Shown here: in pieces, positions 1-10,539 of the stretch
Numbering within the stretch: position 1 is the first letter of the stretch
Layout of the letters: each line of letters begins with the position of its first letter
Source of the DNA: a virus
Lineage: Duplodnaviria; Caudoviricetes
Reading direction: 5' to 3' (one strand)
IMG/VR virus record: IMGVR_UViG_3300031555_001696
Length of the DNA stretch: 64,000 bases
Notes under the pieces: generated by a model
Databases searched by the model: none
Seen by the model: only the letters and a program-made list of their open reading frames with translations
Told to the model about the DNA's origin: nothing
Position numbers and translations under genes: made by a program

Positions 1-1273
1 CTTGTTGATAACATGATTGATTTGCTGAGTAAGTATCGACACGAATGTAGCGAGCATGGCGTTTGTGTTCTGCTTTGACACATATTTTACGGAAAAGGAA
101 CTTCTTATTAAGCTCATCTCTTCTTCCAAGCATTACATCGGTGATATGCGGATCTCTACTTTGCAGCTCTTTGATCGGGCAATCGATTCTAGTGAATTGT
201 GCAAAAACATTAATAACTTTTTAAATGTTATGAATGTAGATTGTTTTCTGCGGTATGAAGACGATAATGGAAAGAACGTTTTTGATTATCTTGTGACTGG
301 TACAAAATCGTACGAGATTGCAAACCTTCCTTCTGGAGAAGAGCAGAATAATAAGAGAAACCTTGTGCTCGCCTTTAATCAAAGTGATTTTTCCACTGTT
401 GCATCACGTAACCGCATCAGTAATTTTCAAAGTGATATCAACGATTTTAAATATATTGTACACTCAAAGCTCCAGGATGACTTTATTATCGGAAACGAAG
501 CAGATGGCAATGTAATTAAAGCGGGAACAAAAACAAGTCGTGCATTTAATCAGGTATGTCATCACTATGGAGTTGAGAAGCTTCATCCTGAAGAAGTTAC
601 AGTACAGAGAAATGGACAGCCTGTGACTAAAACCGTATATCCGTATGATAAGTTGTTTGCAAGTTACGCAGACATTGTTTCCGAAGCACAAAGAAAATTA
701 AACTTTGTCATTAGCGTAAATCCTTTGGATTATCTTACTATGTCTCACGGCGTTAACTGGAAGAGTTGTCATAACATTACTAGCGGTGGATGGAAGGGAG
801 GATGCCTTTCCTATATGTTGGATAGCACTTCAATCATCACATATGTCTTGACAGAAATGAATAATCCTATTCACGAACAGCCTAAGGTATATCGGCAGAT
901 GTTCCATTATGATAACGGTTTGTTCATGCAGAACCGTTTGTATCCTCAGGGAAACGATGGCGCAACCGATCTCTATTCTAAGTTTAGAGGATTTGTTGTA
1001 GATGAATTCAACGAAATTCTCAATGGAGATGGAAATTGGTCTGTTGAAGTTGGATATGATACCTGTACGAAACATACCGTTAGCGAAGGTGTTCATTATA
1101 GAGATTATCATTCAAACAGAAGTTGTTCCATTTTTTATCCCAGCGACAAATATGACGCACTTAAAGAAAGAATCATGACAATTGGGCATAAGGGAATTTG
1201 TGTGAGATGTGGCAGAGAATTCACGTCTGGTAGCAGACTGTGCCACGCTTATTTAAGTGAATGTGTACTTTAA
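1..1273 (+). CDS. Conserved phage hypothetical protein; 5' end lies outside the window, apparent +1 frameshift at 73-79
   Basis: ORF 56-1273 (405 aa, motif SVNPLDYLTMSHGVNWKSCH). Frame 1 is open from base 1 (LVDNMIDLLSKYRHECSEHGVCVLL) and stops at CTT-TGA, where the long frame takes over. Confidence 0.6.
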
Positions 1274-1293
1274 GGAGGACAATATGAAAAGAC

Positions 1294-2037
1294 GTGATAA
1301 CTTTGGTTAAAGTAAAAGAAGATTTAACTGGACAACGGTTTGGAAGATTGACTGTGATAAGTCAAGCAGAAGATTACATAAGTCCAAGTGGCGTTCGTGT
1401 TGCAAAATGGAATTGTTTATGTTCGTGTAATGAGCACAAAACTATACAAGTGTTTGGCAGTAGTTTAAAAAATGGCAACACCAAATCTTGTGGATGTTTA
1501 CAAAAAGAAACTGCGTCGAAAAAACATAAAAGAGAAAACACTTTCGATTTGGATAGCGAAGATTATGGCATTGGTTACACGTTCAAAGGAGAACCATTTT
1601 GGTTCGATAAAGAAGATATTAATGTAATACAGAAATATTGTTGGTATTATAATGACGCAGGATATCTAACTCACAAAGAAAAGAACGGTGTGATATTTTT
1701 GCATAGGCTTGTTATGGGAGTAACAGATTCCAGTATTCAGGTTGACCACAGATTTCATCCTCCAAAGCCACAGCATAAGTTTGACAACAGAAAATCAAAT
1801 CTTAGACTCGTAACCAATCAGCAAAACCAAATGAACAACGCACCAAGCAAGAATAATACAAGCGGTAAAACTGGAGTTTCTTTTGATAAGTCTAGAAATA
1901 AATGGTCTGCGTACATTTGGGTTGATAAAAAGAAAATTCACCTTGGAAGATTTGACAACAAACAGGATGCCATAGATGCACGAAGAGCAGCAGAGCTCAA
2001 ATACTTTAAGGAGTATCGTTATATGGCTACCGACTAA
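1294..2037 (+). CDS. HNH homing endonuclease with C-terminal AP2 domain
   Basis: DLTGQRFGRLTV...WNCLCSC...TKSCGC N-terminus; LHRLVM..VDH..DNRKSNLR HNH core; NTSGKTGVSFDKSRNKWSAYI..HLGRF AP2 motif. Confidence 0.9.
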   Translation: MITLVKVKEDLTGQRFGRLTVISQAEDYISPSGVRVAKWNCLCSCNEHKTIQVFGSSLKNGNTKSCGCLQKETASKKHKRENTFDLDSEDYGIGYTFKGEPFWFDKEDINVIQKYCWYYNDAGYLTHKEKNGVIFLHRLVMGVTDSSIQVDHRFHPPKPQHKFDNRKSNLRLVTNQQNQMNNAPSKNNTSGKTGVSFDKSRNKWSAYIWVDKKKIHLGRFDNKQDAIDARRAAELKYFKEYRYMATD

Positions 2038-2052
2038 CAGAAAGGATTTAAT

Positions 2053-3090
2053 ATGGATAAGAAAAATCTTGAAAAGATTTATAAGATGACGCAAAAAGAA
2101 CTTAAGTCTTATGCTGTTGCGTATCTGAGGTCAATGTTTGACAACATTGTTGCAGAAGACGGATTTGTCTATGCAAAAGGAACTGTTCCCGTGCTGTTGG
2201 TTGCTCATTTGGATACAGTTCACAAAGAGCCTGTTACGAAGATCATTTATTCGGAAAATGGTAATAAGATTTCGAGCCCTCAAGGCATTGGTGGAGATGA
2301 CAGAAATGGCGTAGCAATTATTTTTGAACTTGTTAAAAAGCTGCACTGCTCCGTTCTTCTGTGTGAAGACGAAGAAAAGGGAGGTATTGGTGCACATAAG
2401 TTCGTTAATGCAACTTATGATGTCGATGACAGAAAAGAAAAGTATGTTGAACATCTTGATGTTAACTACATGATTGAGTTTGACAGAAAAGGAAACAGCG
2501 ACGCAGTGTTTTATAGCTGCGATAATAAAGATTTTATCGATTTTGTAGAAGACACAACCGGATTCAAGTGTGCGTTTGGAACTTACTCTGACATCTCCAC
2601 TCTGATGCCCGCATCTAAGTTGAGCGGCGTTAATTTGTCTAGTGGATATTATAGTCCTCATAACGTTAATGAATATGTAATGTATGATGATATGATTGAC
2701 ACAATTGACGCAGCGGAAGTGTTAATCAAAGAGAAATGCGATGGTCCGTTTGTGTATGTCGCCAAGAAATATACACCTCCTAAGTATTCTTATCCCAGAT
2801 ATAACTATCCGCAATATAATTATGGTTATATGGGCGGACACTATGGTTATGGCGACGGATATTCTTACCACGGTAGTGTATTTAATGAACCTGAAAGAGA
2901 TAAGGAAGACCTTGCCGTTGTTGCAATAAACGACACCGATATGGAATTGGAAGTTATCATTACTGGCTTGGATATGAGTGAAGAGACGATTACAGTAACT
3001 GGAGAAACCAAGGCAGAGTGCTGGATGAAACTTTTCCTTGAAAACCCCAGTCTTTGCTTCAATGACATCGTGGATTATTCCTGGGGGTAA
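2053..3090 (+). CDS. Zn-dependent peptidase (M20/M28-like)
   Basis: AHLDTV, GGDDRNG, EDEEKG, EFDRKG and GYYSPH metal-ligand motifs. Confidence 0.75.
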   Translation: MDKKNLEKIYKMTQKELKSYAVAYLRSMFDNIVAEDGFVYAKGTVPVLLVAHLDTVHKEPVTKIIYSENGNKISSPQGIGGDDRNGVAIIFELVKKLHCSVLLCEDEEKGGIGAHKFVNATYDVDDRKEKYVEHLDVNYMIEFDRKGNSDAVFYSCDNKDFIDFVEDTTGFKCAFGTYSDISTLMPASKLSGVNLSSGYYSPHNVNEYVMYDDMIDTIDAAEVLIKEKCDGPFVYVAKKYTPPKYSYPRYNYPQYNYGYMGGHYGYGDGYSYHGSVFNEPERDKEDLAVVAINDTDMELEVIITGLDMSEETITVTGETKAECWMKLFLENPSLCFNDIVDYSWG

Positions 3091-3095
3091 GCCGA

Positions 3096-3302
3096 ATGAT
3101 GCATAAAAGTTTGAACAACGCATATGCAAGAAGTCCTTGCGCTTATTGCAAACTACATAAATGTAGTCTAACAGTTAAGCAGGTTAGACAAAAGCAGTGT
3201 TTACAAAAAAGTTGTTGGCACTTAAAGAAATATGAGCACGAATGGTGGATTCAAAGAAACGCCATTAAGCAAAAGAAAAAACAAAACAAAAAGGAGAATT
3301 AA
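3096..3302 (+). CDS. Small Cys/His-rich basic protein, paralog of 23629-23853
   Basis: AYCKLHKCSLTVKQVRQKQCLQKSCWHL aligns with AYCKYHHCGMTVKQMKCKNCLGKCCHYL. Confidence 0.7.
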   Translation: MMHKSLNNAYARSPCAYCKLHKCSLTVKQVRQKQCLQKSCWHLKKYEHEWWIQRNAIKQKKKQNKKEN

Positions 3303-3304
3303 TC

Positions 3305-3721
3305 ATGGCAGACATTAAGGTAAATAAGAACGCAGTTGAGATTCGGAGTGAACTCAACGCTAATGGAACCAAGGTCGAGTACATTGTAATCGACGGGCAG
3401 AAGATTGGTATCATGGGTAGCGTAAATGAGGCTGACCGTGCTTCTGCAATTAAGGCACTGAATGCTGCATATGTCGCTAGCAATGGTAACATCTGTGAAA
3501 TGATGCAAAAGCTTTACACTATGGCAACCATTGAGGAAAAGGAAATGGTGCCCGATGAAGTGGTTGAGATTTGCGGTGTAGAAATCATCATGTCCTACAG
3601 TAAGGCAAAAGCATACACTATGGACGGTGAAGAAATTGCAAGTTGTGATGACCTGCCTACTATGCCCAAGGATGCTGTTAAGGCTGTACTGATGGCTCGT
3701 GTTGAAACTGCTTTGAATTGA
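3305..3721 (+). CDS. Hypothetical protein
   Basis: 138-aa ORF with AAGGAG RBS. Confidence 0.75.
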   Translation: MADIKVNKNAVEIRSELNANGTKVEYIVIDGQKIGIMGSVNEADRASAIKALNAAYVASNGNICEMMQKLYTMATIEEKEMVPDEVVEICGVEIIMSYSKAKAYTMDGEEIASCDDLPTMPKDAVKAVLMARVETALN

Positions 3722-3917
3722 GGTGTTTACTATGGCAAGATGCGATTGGCGGTTAAAGCCATGTCTTCAATTTCTGTGTGAAAAAGAAATTGTGTATCTA
3801 CTGCCGTCTATCGTATATGTACCATGGCGGCGTCGGCATCTCCACATGCCATCTATGGAAATACACTGGTTAATTTTTGGCATTACATATGGAGAATGGT
3901 TGAGCAAATAAAATAGA

Positions 3918-3942
3918 TAGGCGGGGCGTAATACCCCGCCTA
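3918..3942 (+). terminator. GC-rich hairpin (terminator or stabiliser)
   Basis: TAGGCGGGG / CCCCGCCTA inverted repeat; no U-tract follows. Confidence 0.45.
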
Positions 3943-3960
3943 CAGAAAGGAAATTAAAAA

Positions 3961-5967
3961 ATGAAGAAAACTACTATTGACGCAAGCTTGCTGCCTCATG
4001 TTTGGTTGACATGGGAAACCGCTAAAGGAACATTTTATCTAGATAGTGCAACCGGAAAAAAACAGATTGAAAAACCGGATATCAAATTTTCTTACTATTA
4101 CAATCCCGACTATATCTTACTGAAAAGTGGATCCAAACCTCGGTATGGATACGCAAAGTATCACGCAGATATTGAAATGCTTGAATTGGCAGAAGTAACA
4201 ATTACCACCACTAGAAAAGAAGAAGTAAAGGAATGGAGATATGCTGGTGAAAAGTATTTCCTTAAAAAGGATAAGACGGTACTTGATGAAAACGGAAATG
4301 TAAAACCCAATAGTTTTATTCTTTCTGCATATCATCGCTCTTATGACTTTAAGGGATTTTTAGGTTTCTTCTATCGTATTGGATATTACAAGAATACCGA
4401 AGAGTTCAAGAAGTTCCTTGGTTCTGATACTTATACTGTTGGTAGCGGCAGAGTTGTAAATGTTTCTTCTGTATGGCATATCCAGGAATGGTATAAGACA
4501 AGTCAGAAAGTTCGTGGTGCAGGTAAACAGCAGAAATTGACTGATAAGCTTGTTGAAATGCAAGTAAAGGATGTTGCCGAAATTAAAGCAAAATATCCTA
4601 TTAAGAATCCTGAAAATAGTTGGAGAGGTAATGGACTCATTGAGTTTGAGCGACTTGAAGACGGATGGTCTGTTTTGAGAGTTTTCAATAGATATAGCGA
4701 CGATTTTATTGAAAAAGAAAGAATGTATCTTCATGATGATGGTGCAAGCCGTATTGTTGCACCGACTAAGGATGGATGGATTCCAGCAAGACAGCTTCAT
4801 ACTTGGGTTTATTTTGAAATTGCAAATAAATCGGAAGCAATGGAGAAGTGTAAGCGGCTCAAGTACATTATTCCCCATGTAGAAAAGGAAAACAAGGAGC
4901 ATATTAGAAATTGTCTCATTTCTATTCTTCGTTTTCCTGAGATTGAGCAGATGATCAGTCTTGGGCATAGAAGTGCAGCTAGATATGTGATGAATTCTCA
5001 AACACCTAGAGCTGATATGAAATACATATTTGGCGGATACTACAACGAAAAGGAAAATTCTATTCTTCGTAAAGTCGGACTGACCAAGCATCAGCTCGAT
5101 AAGCATTTGTCTACTTATGAAGGAAACAATTATTCTATGAATAAGTGTGCAGGCGCTTTACTGGAAATGCGTAATTTCTTTGGAGAGAACTTAATCCATC
5201 TTGATAATGAATCTTTTGATAATTATTATGATGGATTTTTTGCTATCCATCGTGGTTATGGCAGAAAGGTATTCTCTCAGTTGGAATATATGAATATTGA
5301 CAGAATTAAGTTTATCAAGAATGCATTTAGACTTGGCAAAAAGAATCCTAATGTTTATACCATTATTGACGATACGCTTAATCGTTATAACTCCCTTAAT
5401 CGTGGAACTCAGCCAGAGATTAATTGGTATTTCGATAGTTATTCCGATGTTGTCAGAGCACATGACGCAATTGACACTTTGAAGCGAGCACAGGATGAAG
5501 AACGTAGAGCATTGTGGGACTTGCGGGTGGCAGAACGTCGAAAGAAGGAAGAAGAAAAAAGAGCGAAGATTGACGAAGAACGTAAGCAGTATGAATATGA
5601 GGATGATACATATGTAATCCGACTTCCAAAAGACCTGAACGAAATTGTAAGCGAGGGAAGCAAGCAACGCATTTGTATTGGCGGGTATACAAGTAGTCAT
5701 GCCCTTGGACATACAAATCTCTTCTTCCTGCGGCGGAAAAGCGAGCCTGATGCTCCGTTCTATGCAATTGAAATGGACAACGGTAAGCATATTGTACAGA
5801 TTCATGGATTTTGTAATTCTTGGCTTGGAAATCACCCAGAGGCAATTCCTACTGTAGTACGGTGGCTGCGGAAGAACGGAATTAAGTGTAGTGAAAAGAT
5901 TCTAACTTGTAAGGCAAAGGGCTACGGCGCAATCAATGACTATGTACCCATGCCTGTTGTGGATTAA
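3961..5967 (+). CDS. PcfJ-like domain protein
   Basis: 668 aa; C-terminal IRLPKDLNEIVSEGSKQRICIGGY...LFFLRRKSEPDAPFYAIEM...VQIHGFCN is typical of PcfJ. Confidence 0.8.
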   Translation: MKKTTIDASLLPHVWLTWETAKGTFYLDSATGKKQIEKPDIKFSYYYNPDYILLKSGSKPRYGYAKYHADIEMLELAEVTITTTRKEEVKEWRYAGEKYFLKKDKTVLDENGNVKPNSFILSAYHRSYDFKGFLGFFYRIGYYKNTEEFKKFLGSDTYTVGSGRVVNVSSVWHIQEWYKTSQKVRGAGKQQKLTDKLVEMQVKDVAEIKAKYPIKNPENSWRGNGLIEFERLEDGWSVLRVFNRYSDDFIEKERMYLHDDGASRIVAPTKDGWIPARQLHTWVYFEIANKSEAMEKCKRLKYIIPHVEKENKEHIRNCLISILRFPEIEQMISLGHRSAARYVMNSQTPRADMKYIFGGYYNEKENSILRKVGLTKHQLDKHLSTYEGNNYSMNKCAGALLEMRNFFGENLIHLDNESFDNYYDGFFAIHRGYGRKVFSQLEYMNIDRIKFIKNAFRLGKKNPNVYTIIDDTLNRYNSLNRGTQPEINWYFDSYSDVVRAHDAIDTLKRAQDEERRALWDLRVAERRKKEEEKRAKIDEERKQYEYEDDTYVIRLPKDLNEIVSEGSKQRICIGGYTSSHALGHTNLFFLRRKSEPDAPFYAIEMDNGKHIVQIHGFCNSWLGNHPEAIPTVVRWLRKNGIKCSEKILTCKAKGYGAINDYVPMPVVD

Positions 5968-6105
5968 ATAACGATACGCCGAAAAAGGGTTAACAGTAGG
6001 CGAGCTCACAAACCAGTAACCCTGCGACCTGTAACAAGGGCAACACCCACCGCTGTAAGAGCGTGTACGCTGTTAGGTGAGCCACGAAAAAGAAAGGAGA
6101 TAATT

Positions 6106-7064
6106 ATGACGCTAAGAGAATTTCTTCGGACGAAAACAAATGCGCAAGAACTTTGTGTAATTCGTGAAGACGGATGGATTGTTGCATCTTTCTGGATTGA
6201 CTACGAAGATTTGTTCTGCGGTTATCTAAGCAACAAGCTTGGTGATAAAAAGGTAAAACTTGACAGTTGGGATTATCTGACGATTGTAAATAAGAACAAT
6301 GCAGAAATTAAAATTCCTTGTCATTACATTGAAGTATAAAGGATTAATTTAATAGATGAGGTTATATGGAAGTTGTAACGATAATATATAAATCACGATA
6401 TGATGATTGTCAAGAAATTGTCGGTGTTGCTATGAATATGGATGTGGCAAAAGAATATGTTGAAAAGTTAAAAACAGCAAATCTATACGCATATGGAGAA
6501 AAATATGGAACATATTATTTTGAAACCCATAACGTAATCAAAGAGGTGAATACAAATGTTTAACACTTATCATGCTGGAAACACAACAAATAGTGTTAAT
6601 ATTAACGCAGTTACTGGTGCAATTCTTAAGAATCATTCTCATAGTTGGTTTGAACGGTTTCATTTAGATAGCGAGAGAGCAAGACGCCTTCTTAAAGAGG
6701 GAGGGCATCAGGCTACAAAAAGGGAATATGATTCTTCCGACTATCGTGGATTGCATTCTCATACAGTTAGAGATCCAGATAACGACATTATAGTTCTTCA
6801 AATGGTTATCTGTGGCGACATGGAAGTAATGGCAGAACTTGTATATGCCAAGGATTATGAAGTTCGGGAGGACGAACCTAAGTGAATATATATACCTTTA
6901 AACTCATTAGGCCCGCACAAGATAAACCGGGATATGTCCAAGTAAACGAAATGAAGATTCAAGCATTTTATTATGAAACAGCACTTAAGGACGCATTATA
7001 TGAAGCACACAAATTTGCTATCGAACATAATATTCCTTATTACAGAGTGGAAGGTGAGATGTAA
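6106..7064 (+). other. Run of four small hypothetical genes (6106-6339, 6366-6563, 6556-6885, 6882-7064)
   Basis: Tightly packed + strand ORFs with GGAG/GAGG RBSs. Confidence 0.7.
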
Positions 7065-7394
7065 ATGAAGCTTTGGGTGGATGATGTTAGACCTGCGCCT
7101 GAGGGATATATTTGGTGTACAAGTGTCAATGGAGCAAAAATATCTATACAAGCTCATGAATTTGATAAGCGAACAGGGCCAACTAAAGAGTCTTATACAG
7201 AAGAAATTGAACTCATTGATCTTGATCACGATGCAGGCGATTATGCTTGTCAGGGCGGCGACTACATCAAGCTTCTCTACTGGCTTGAAGAAACTGGTCG
7301 CAACTATCCTATCAGAATTCACAGTATGAATCCAGTTGGAAGAGAAAACATGAGAGCAATTATTCGACGTAATGGATGGACGGAGGTAATGTAA
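7065..7394 (+). CDS. Cyclic-phosphate-processing receiver-domain protein
   Basis: KLWVDDVRPAP...IDLDHDAG...IHSMNPVG motifs of this receiver-fold family. Confidence 0.75.
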   Translation: MKLWVDDVRPAPEGYIWCTSVNGAKISIQAHEFDKRTGPTKESYTEEIELIDLDHDAGDYACQGGDYIKLLYWLEETGRNYPIRIHSMNPVGRENMRAIIRRNGWTEVM

Positions 7395-8057
7395 ATGATT
7401 AGTAAGTATGATCTTATTCGATATGCAAAAAACAAACCAGAATGTTGGTTTCATATCGACGACGAAGAAAATGTGATTAATAAGGAAACGGAAGAGATTG
7501 TTTGTAGACTTGATACTCTAACTCAATACTTTAGAGAAAAGATGCATTGTGATTTTGAGTGCGTGCATCATTGTCATGGAACTCTTGAAACCACATTACG
7601 GTGTAAGGAATGTGGGACTGTAATCTTCTCTCGTGATGACGAAGAATATGATCCTAACTTATGCTGTCCTACTTGCGGTGGATATGAAACACATTTTGAA
7701 TATTGGACCAAAGAACAAATTGATAACGACATCAAAAAGAAAAATACTATCGAGTTTCTTGAACAGTGGACAAGAGATGATGAAGAAGCGTATAAAAGAC
7801 GCAAGCGACGTAATGGAAAGTATGATAGCGAAATATGGAATTGGACTATCCGTGGAAAAAAACATGGTATTAAGTTTGAGCTGAAATGTGACAATCTATT
7901 CAAAACCGGTCTTAAGGGATTACATTTTGAAATTACATGGATGGATCGCGATGACTTGAGTTTTATTCATCGTAAATGGTGGAGAATTCCTCTGTCTATT
8001 TCGTATTTGAAAGTTATGATTGAAATTCACAAACGACGTAAGGAGAAAAGCAAATGA
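7395..8057 (+). CDS. Hypothetical Zn-finger protein
   Basis: 220 aa with CKECG and CPTCG motifs. Confidence 0.7.
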   Translation: MISKYDLIRYAKNKPECWFHIDDEENVINKETEEIVCRLDTLTQYFREKMHCDFECVHHCHGTLETTLRCKECGTVIFSRDDEEYDPNLCCPTCGGYETHFEYWTKEQIDNDIKKKNTIEFLEQWTRDDEEAYKRRKRRNGKYDSEIWNWTIRGKKHGIKFELKCDNLFKTGLKGLHFEITWMDRDDLSFIHRKWWRIPLSISYLKVMIEIHKRRKEKSK

Positions 8058-8341
8058 TAATCTGTGCGGCACTAAAGATTCAAGTAGAAGGACTTGATCA
8101 TCCTACTATCGTTCCGTGTATCCGGCACGGACATGGACTCCAGATTCTAGAAGATCTAGGTTACGCACCGAAAACAAAATATAAGGTGCTGGAGCAAGGA
8201 TTTGTAACTCAAGATATGGTGTTTATGAACAGAGAGGAAGCTTTTCAGTACGCCTATGAGATTGGTCAGCTTTCTGTTACAACCAAATGGTATCATAAAG
8301 ACCACGGACATGATGAATTGTATTCTGAGGATTTGTACTAA
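8054..8341 (+). CDS. Conserved phage hypothetical protein
   Basis: IICAA...RHGH...EQGFV..FMNREEA..LYSEDLY pattern. Confidence 0.75.
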   Translation: MIICAALKIQVEGLDHPTIVPCIRHGHGLQILEDLGYAPKTKYKVLEQGFVTQDMVFMNREEAFQYAYEIGQLSVTTKWYHKDHGHDELYSEDLY

Positions 8342-8356
8342 CGGAGGCAATGTAAC

Positions 8357-9178
8357 ATGACTAAGAACAGAGAAATTGCAGAATTTATTTTCAGCAAGAT
8401 AAAAGAATTTGGGTACGAACCGTATGATATCAAATACGGAAATGGATATTTTATCTTCGATATGGGTGATGATTCGGTGATTCACTTCCGGTGCAAAGGA
8501 GTTTGGAAACACTGGAAGTTTGGTATGTGGATCAACTCTGAGCTGCTAGAAGCATCCGAAGAAGACAAAAAGAAATATAAGCTTATTTCCGTGTTCGCAC
8601 AGTATGACACGCAGATTGACAAATTCAAGCCTAGCAGAAGTGAACTGTTGGTTGAATTTAATGCAAAAGACTGGAATGAAGAAGAGAAAGACAACGGATT
8701 GTATACACTTGAGCTGCAGTGCATGCTTGATATGATGAAGAACCATCCTTTCTTGTGTTACAATGGAATGTGCGGCAAAGACGCTTATTACACAAGACAA
8801 AAATCTTTTATCTGGGAGTTTATAGAGAATGAGTCGTATAAGGCACGAAAGAAATTTGTAAAAGCAATGCAAACCGCATTTTGGCTTCCGTACACTAAGA
8901 CAAAGATTTTCTTCGCAAAGCATAATAATTATGTAAAGAGCATTGAATTGTATGACTTTGAAAAGGAAAACCCTGGTTGGAGTACAGACTATTTGTATCA
9001 GGTGCGAATTACTTTTACGGCGGATAGTAAAGACGATAATGAGGTTAAATGGTTGAACAAGTGGTTTAAGAAGGATAAGTATGGTAAATTTGATGAATAC
9101 GATAACGTAATTGAGATTGGCGATCTTCACAAAGACGGAAATAAAGAAGCGTACTCTTACGCATGGGATTCAAAATAA
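8357..9178 (+). CDS. Hypothetical protein
   Basis: 273-aa ORF with GGAGG RBS. Confidence 0.75.
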   Translation: MTKNREIAEFIFSKIKEFGYEPYDIKYGNGYFIFDMGDDSVIHFRCKGVWKHWKFGMWINSELLEASEEDKKKYKLISVFAQYDTQIDKFKPSRSELLVEFNAKDWNEEEKDNGLYTLELQCMLDMMKNHPFLCYNGMCGKDAYYTRQKSFIWEFIENESYKARKKFVKAMQTAFWLPYTKTKIFFAKHNNYVKSIELYDFEKENPGWSTDYLYQVRITFTADSKDDNEVKWLNKWFKKDKYGKFDEYDNVIEIGDLHKDGNKEAYSYAWDSK

Positions 9179-10526
9179 AAATGTAATTTTATGATGTGTA
9201 TGCCTATGTATATCTATAAGGTTGAAATCAATTTATTTAGAGAAGATGGAACATATGATGCAAACTTATTGTGCAGAAGAAAAGACGATTGTAATGACAA
9301 GTGGAAAATTTCTTCTTATTGTTCGGCAAGCACATTAGAAGGAGTATTTGAATGGGCAGAACAATGGGTAAAAGTATACGGAGAATAAATGATAATTTTA
9401 TGAGGTGGAATTATGACAGTTAAACAGCAAGTATTGGAGATTATTCAAGACGAAATTGAAAGTGTTAAGCATAACTTTCCATTTACTCATGATGATGAAG
9501 TGAAATTAGATAAACTCATTGATGTGTATGATTTAATTGATAGCATGATTAAAGAATAAAATGACGATTTTAAGAGGTAATAGACATGAATGTTGAGCTT
9601 ACTATTCAAGAAATGTTCGACTCCTGCCCCACTCTATTCAAAGAACGAGCGGATTGTCTCGACCATTTGTTTTTGGTGATTGGAAATGGATACGAATGGG
9701 TTAATGGCGAACTTGTAGAAGATTGCGGGGAATGTAATCTTACACCGGAAGAAATCGAAGGTCTATCTTTAAGACTTGTTAATGGTAAAGCTTATCAACA
9801 TAATAAGTTATCTTTGCGAGCCGAATCTCAGTTGTATGAAAGTCAACGTGTCCGTGAGGGTTGGTATGAAGAAATGACAAGAATGCGTCCAGGCTTTGAT
9901 GTTGGTAAGACAAAAGAACTGCGTCAATTATATATTGATAAATTGCCAGACGATGTATATTACAAAGAACCTATTCGCAAGAAAAGATGGTATTGTTTTG
10001 TCAATATCCCTGGACATGAAAGAATCGACTTCCATACTAAATATGCGTTTCTTTTCAATTATCCAGACGGTATTAAACCAGATTGGAAAGCGGCAATCGA
10101 AGAAACTAAAAATCTGTTGATTGAAGACGGTTTTGAATTACCCAAAACCACATAAAAGAGTGATTTTAACACGGAGGTAAGGTTATGAAAGTAAGAGTGA
10201 ATGTTCCTCTTAGGGGTACAAGGGAATACTTTGGTGATTATAACCCAATAACTATCCCAAATGTCGGTGATGATTTTGGTGATATGTATGTTGTCACAGA
10301 GAAAATGATTGATGGAAATGTTTGTACATTGGATGTACAACGAAAAGAAAAAGAAAGCGAATAAAAGTGTGGTTTTAAGAGGTAAAATTATGGAACGAAA
10401 CGTGAAATGTCCTAAATGTGGATTTGCAAAAACAGTACATGTATCCGTTTTACAATGGCGTTGTCCAAATTGTAAGCATTGGATTAAAGTCGATAAGATT
10501 GACAGACCAATAAAACAATGATTTTA
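9176..10526. repeat. Gene-junction motif TAAAA-N6-TTTTA, cluster 1 (about 6 copies)
   Basis: Copies at 9176, 9386 (degenerate), 9557, 10153, 10362 and 10511; each is at a stop codon and most precede an RBS. Confidence 0.65.
9586..10155 (+). CDS. Hypothetical protein
   Basis: 189-aa ORF with GAGG RBS, flanked by junction motifs. Confidence 0.75.
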   Translation: MNVELTIQEMFDSCPTLFKERADCLDHLFLVIGNGYEWVNGELVEDCGECNLTPEEIEGLSLRLVNGKAYQHNKLSLRAESQLYESQRVREGWYEEMTRMRPGFDVGKTKELRQLYIDKLPDDVYYKEPIRKKRWYCFVNIPGHERIDFHTKYAFLFNYPDGIKPDWKAAIEETKNLLIEDGFELPKTT

Positions 10527-10539
10527 CACGGAGGTAAAT

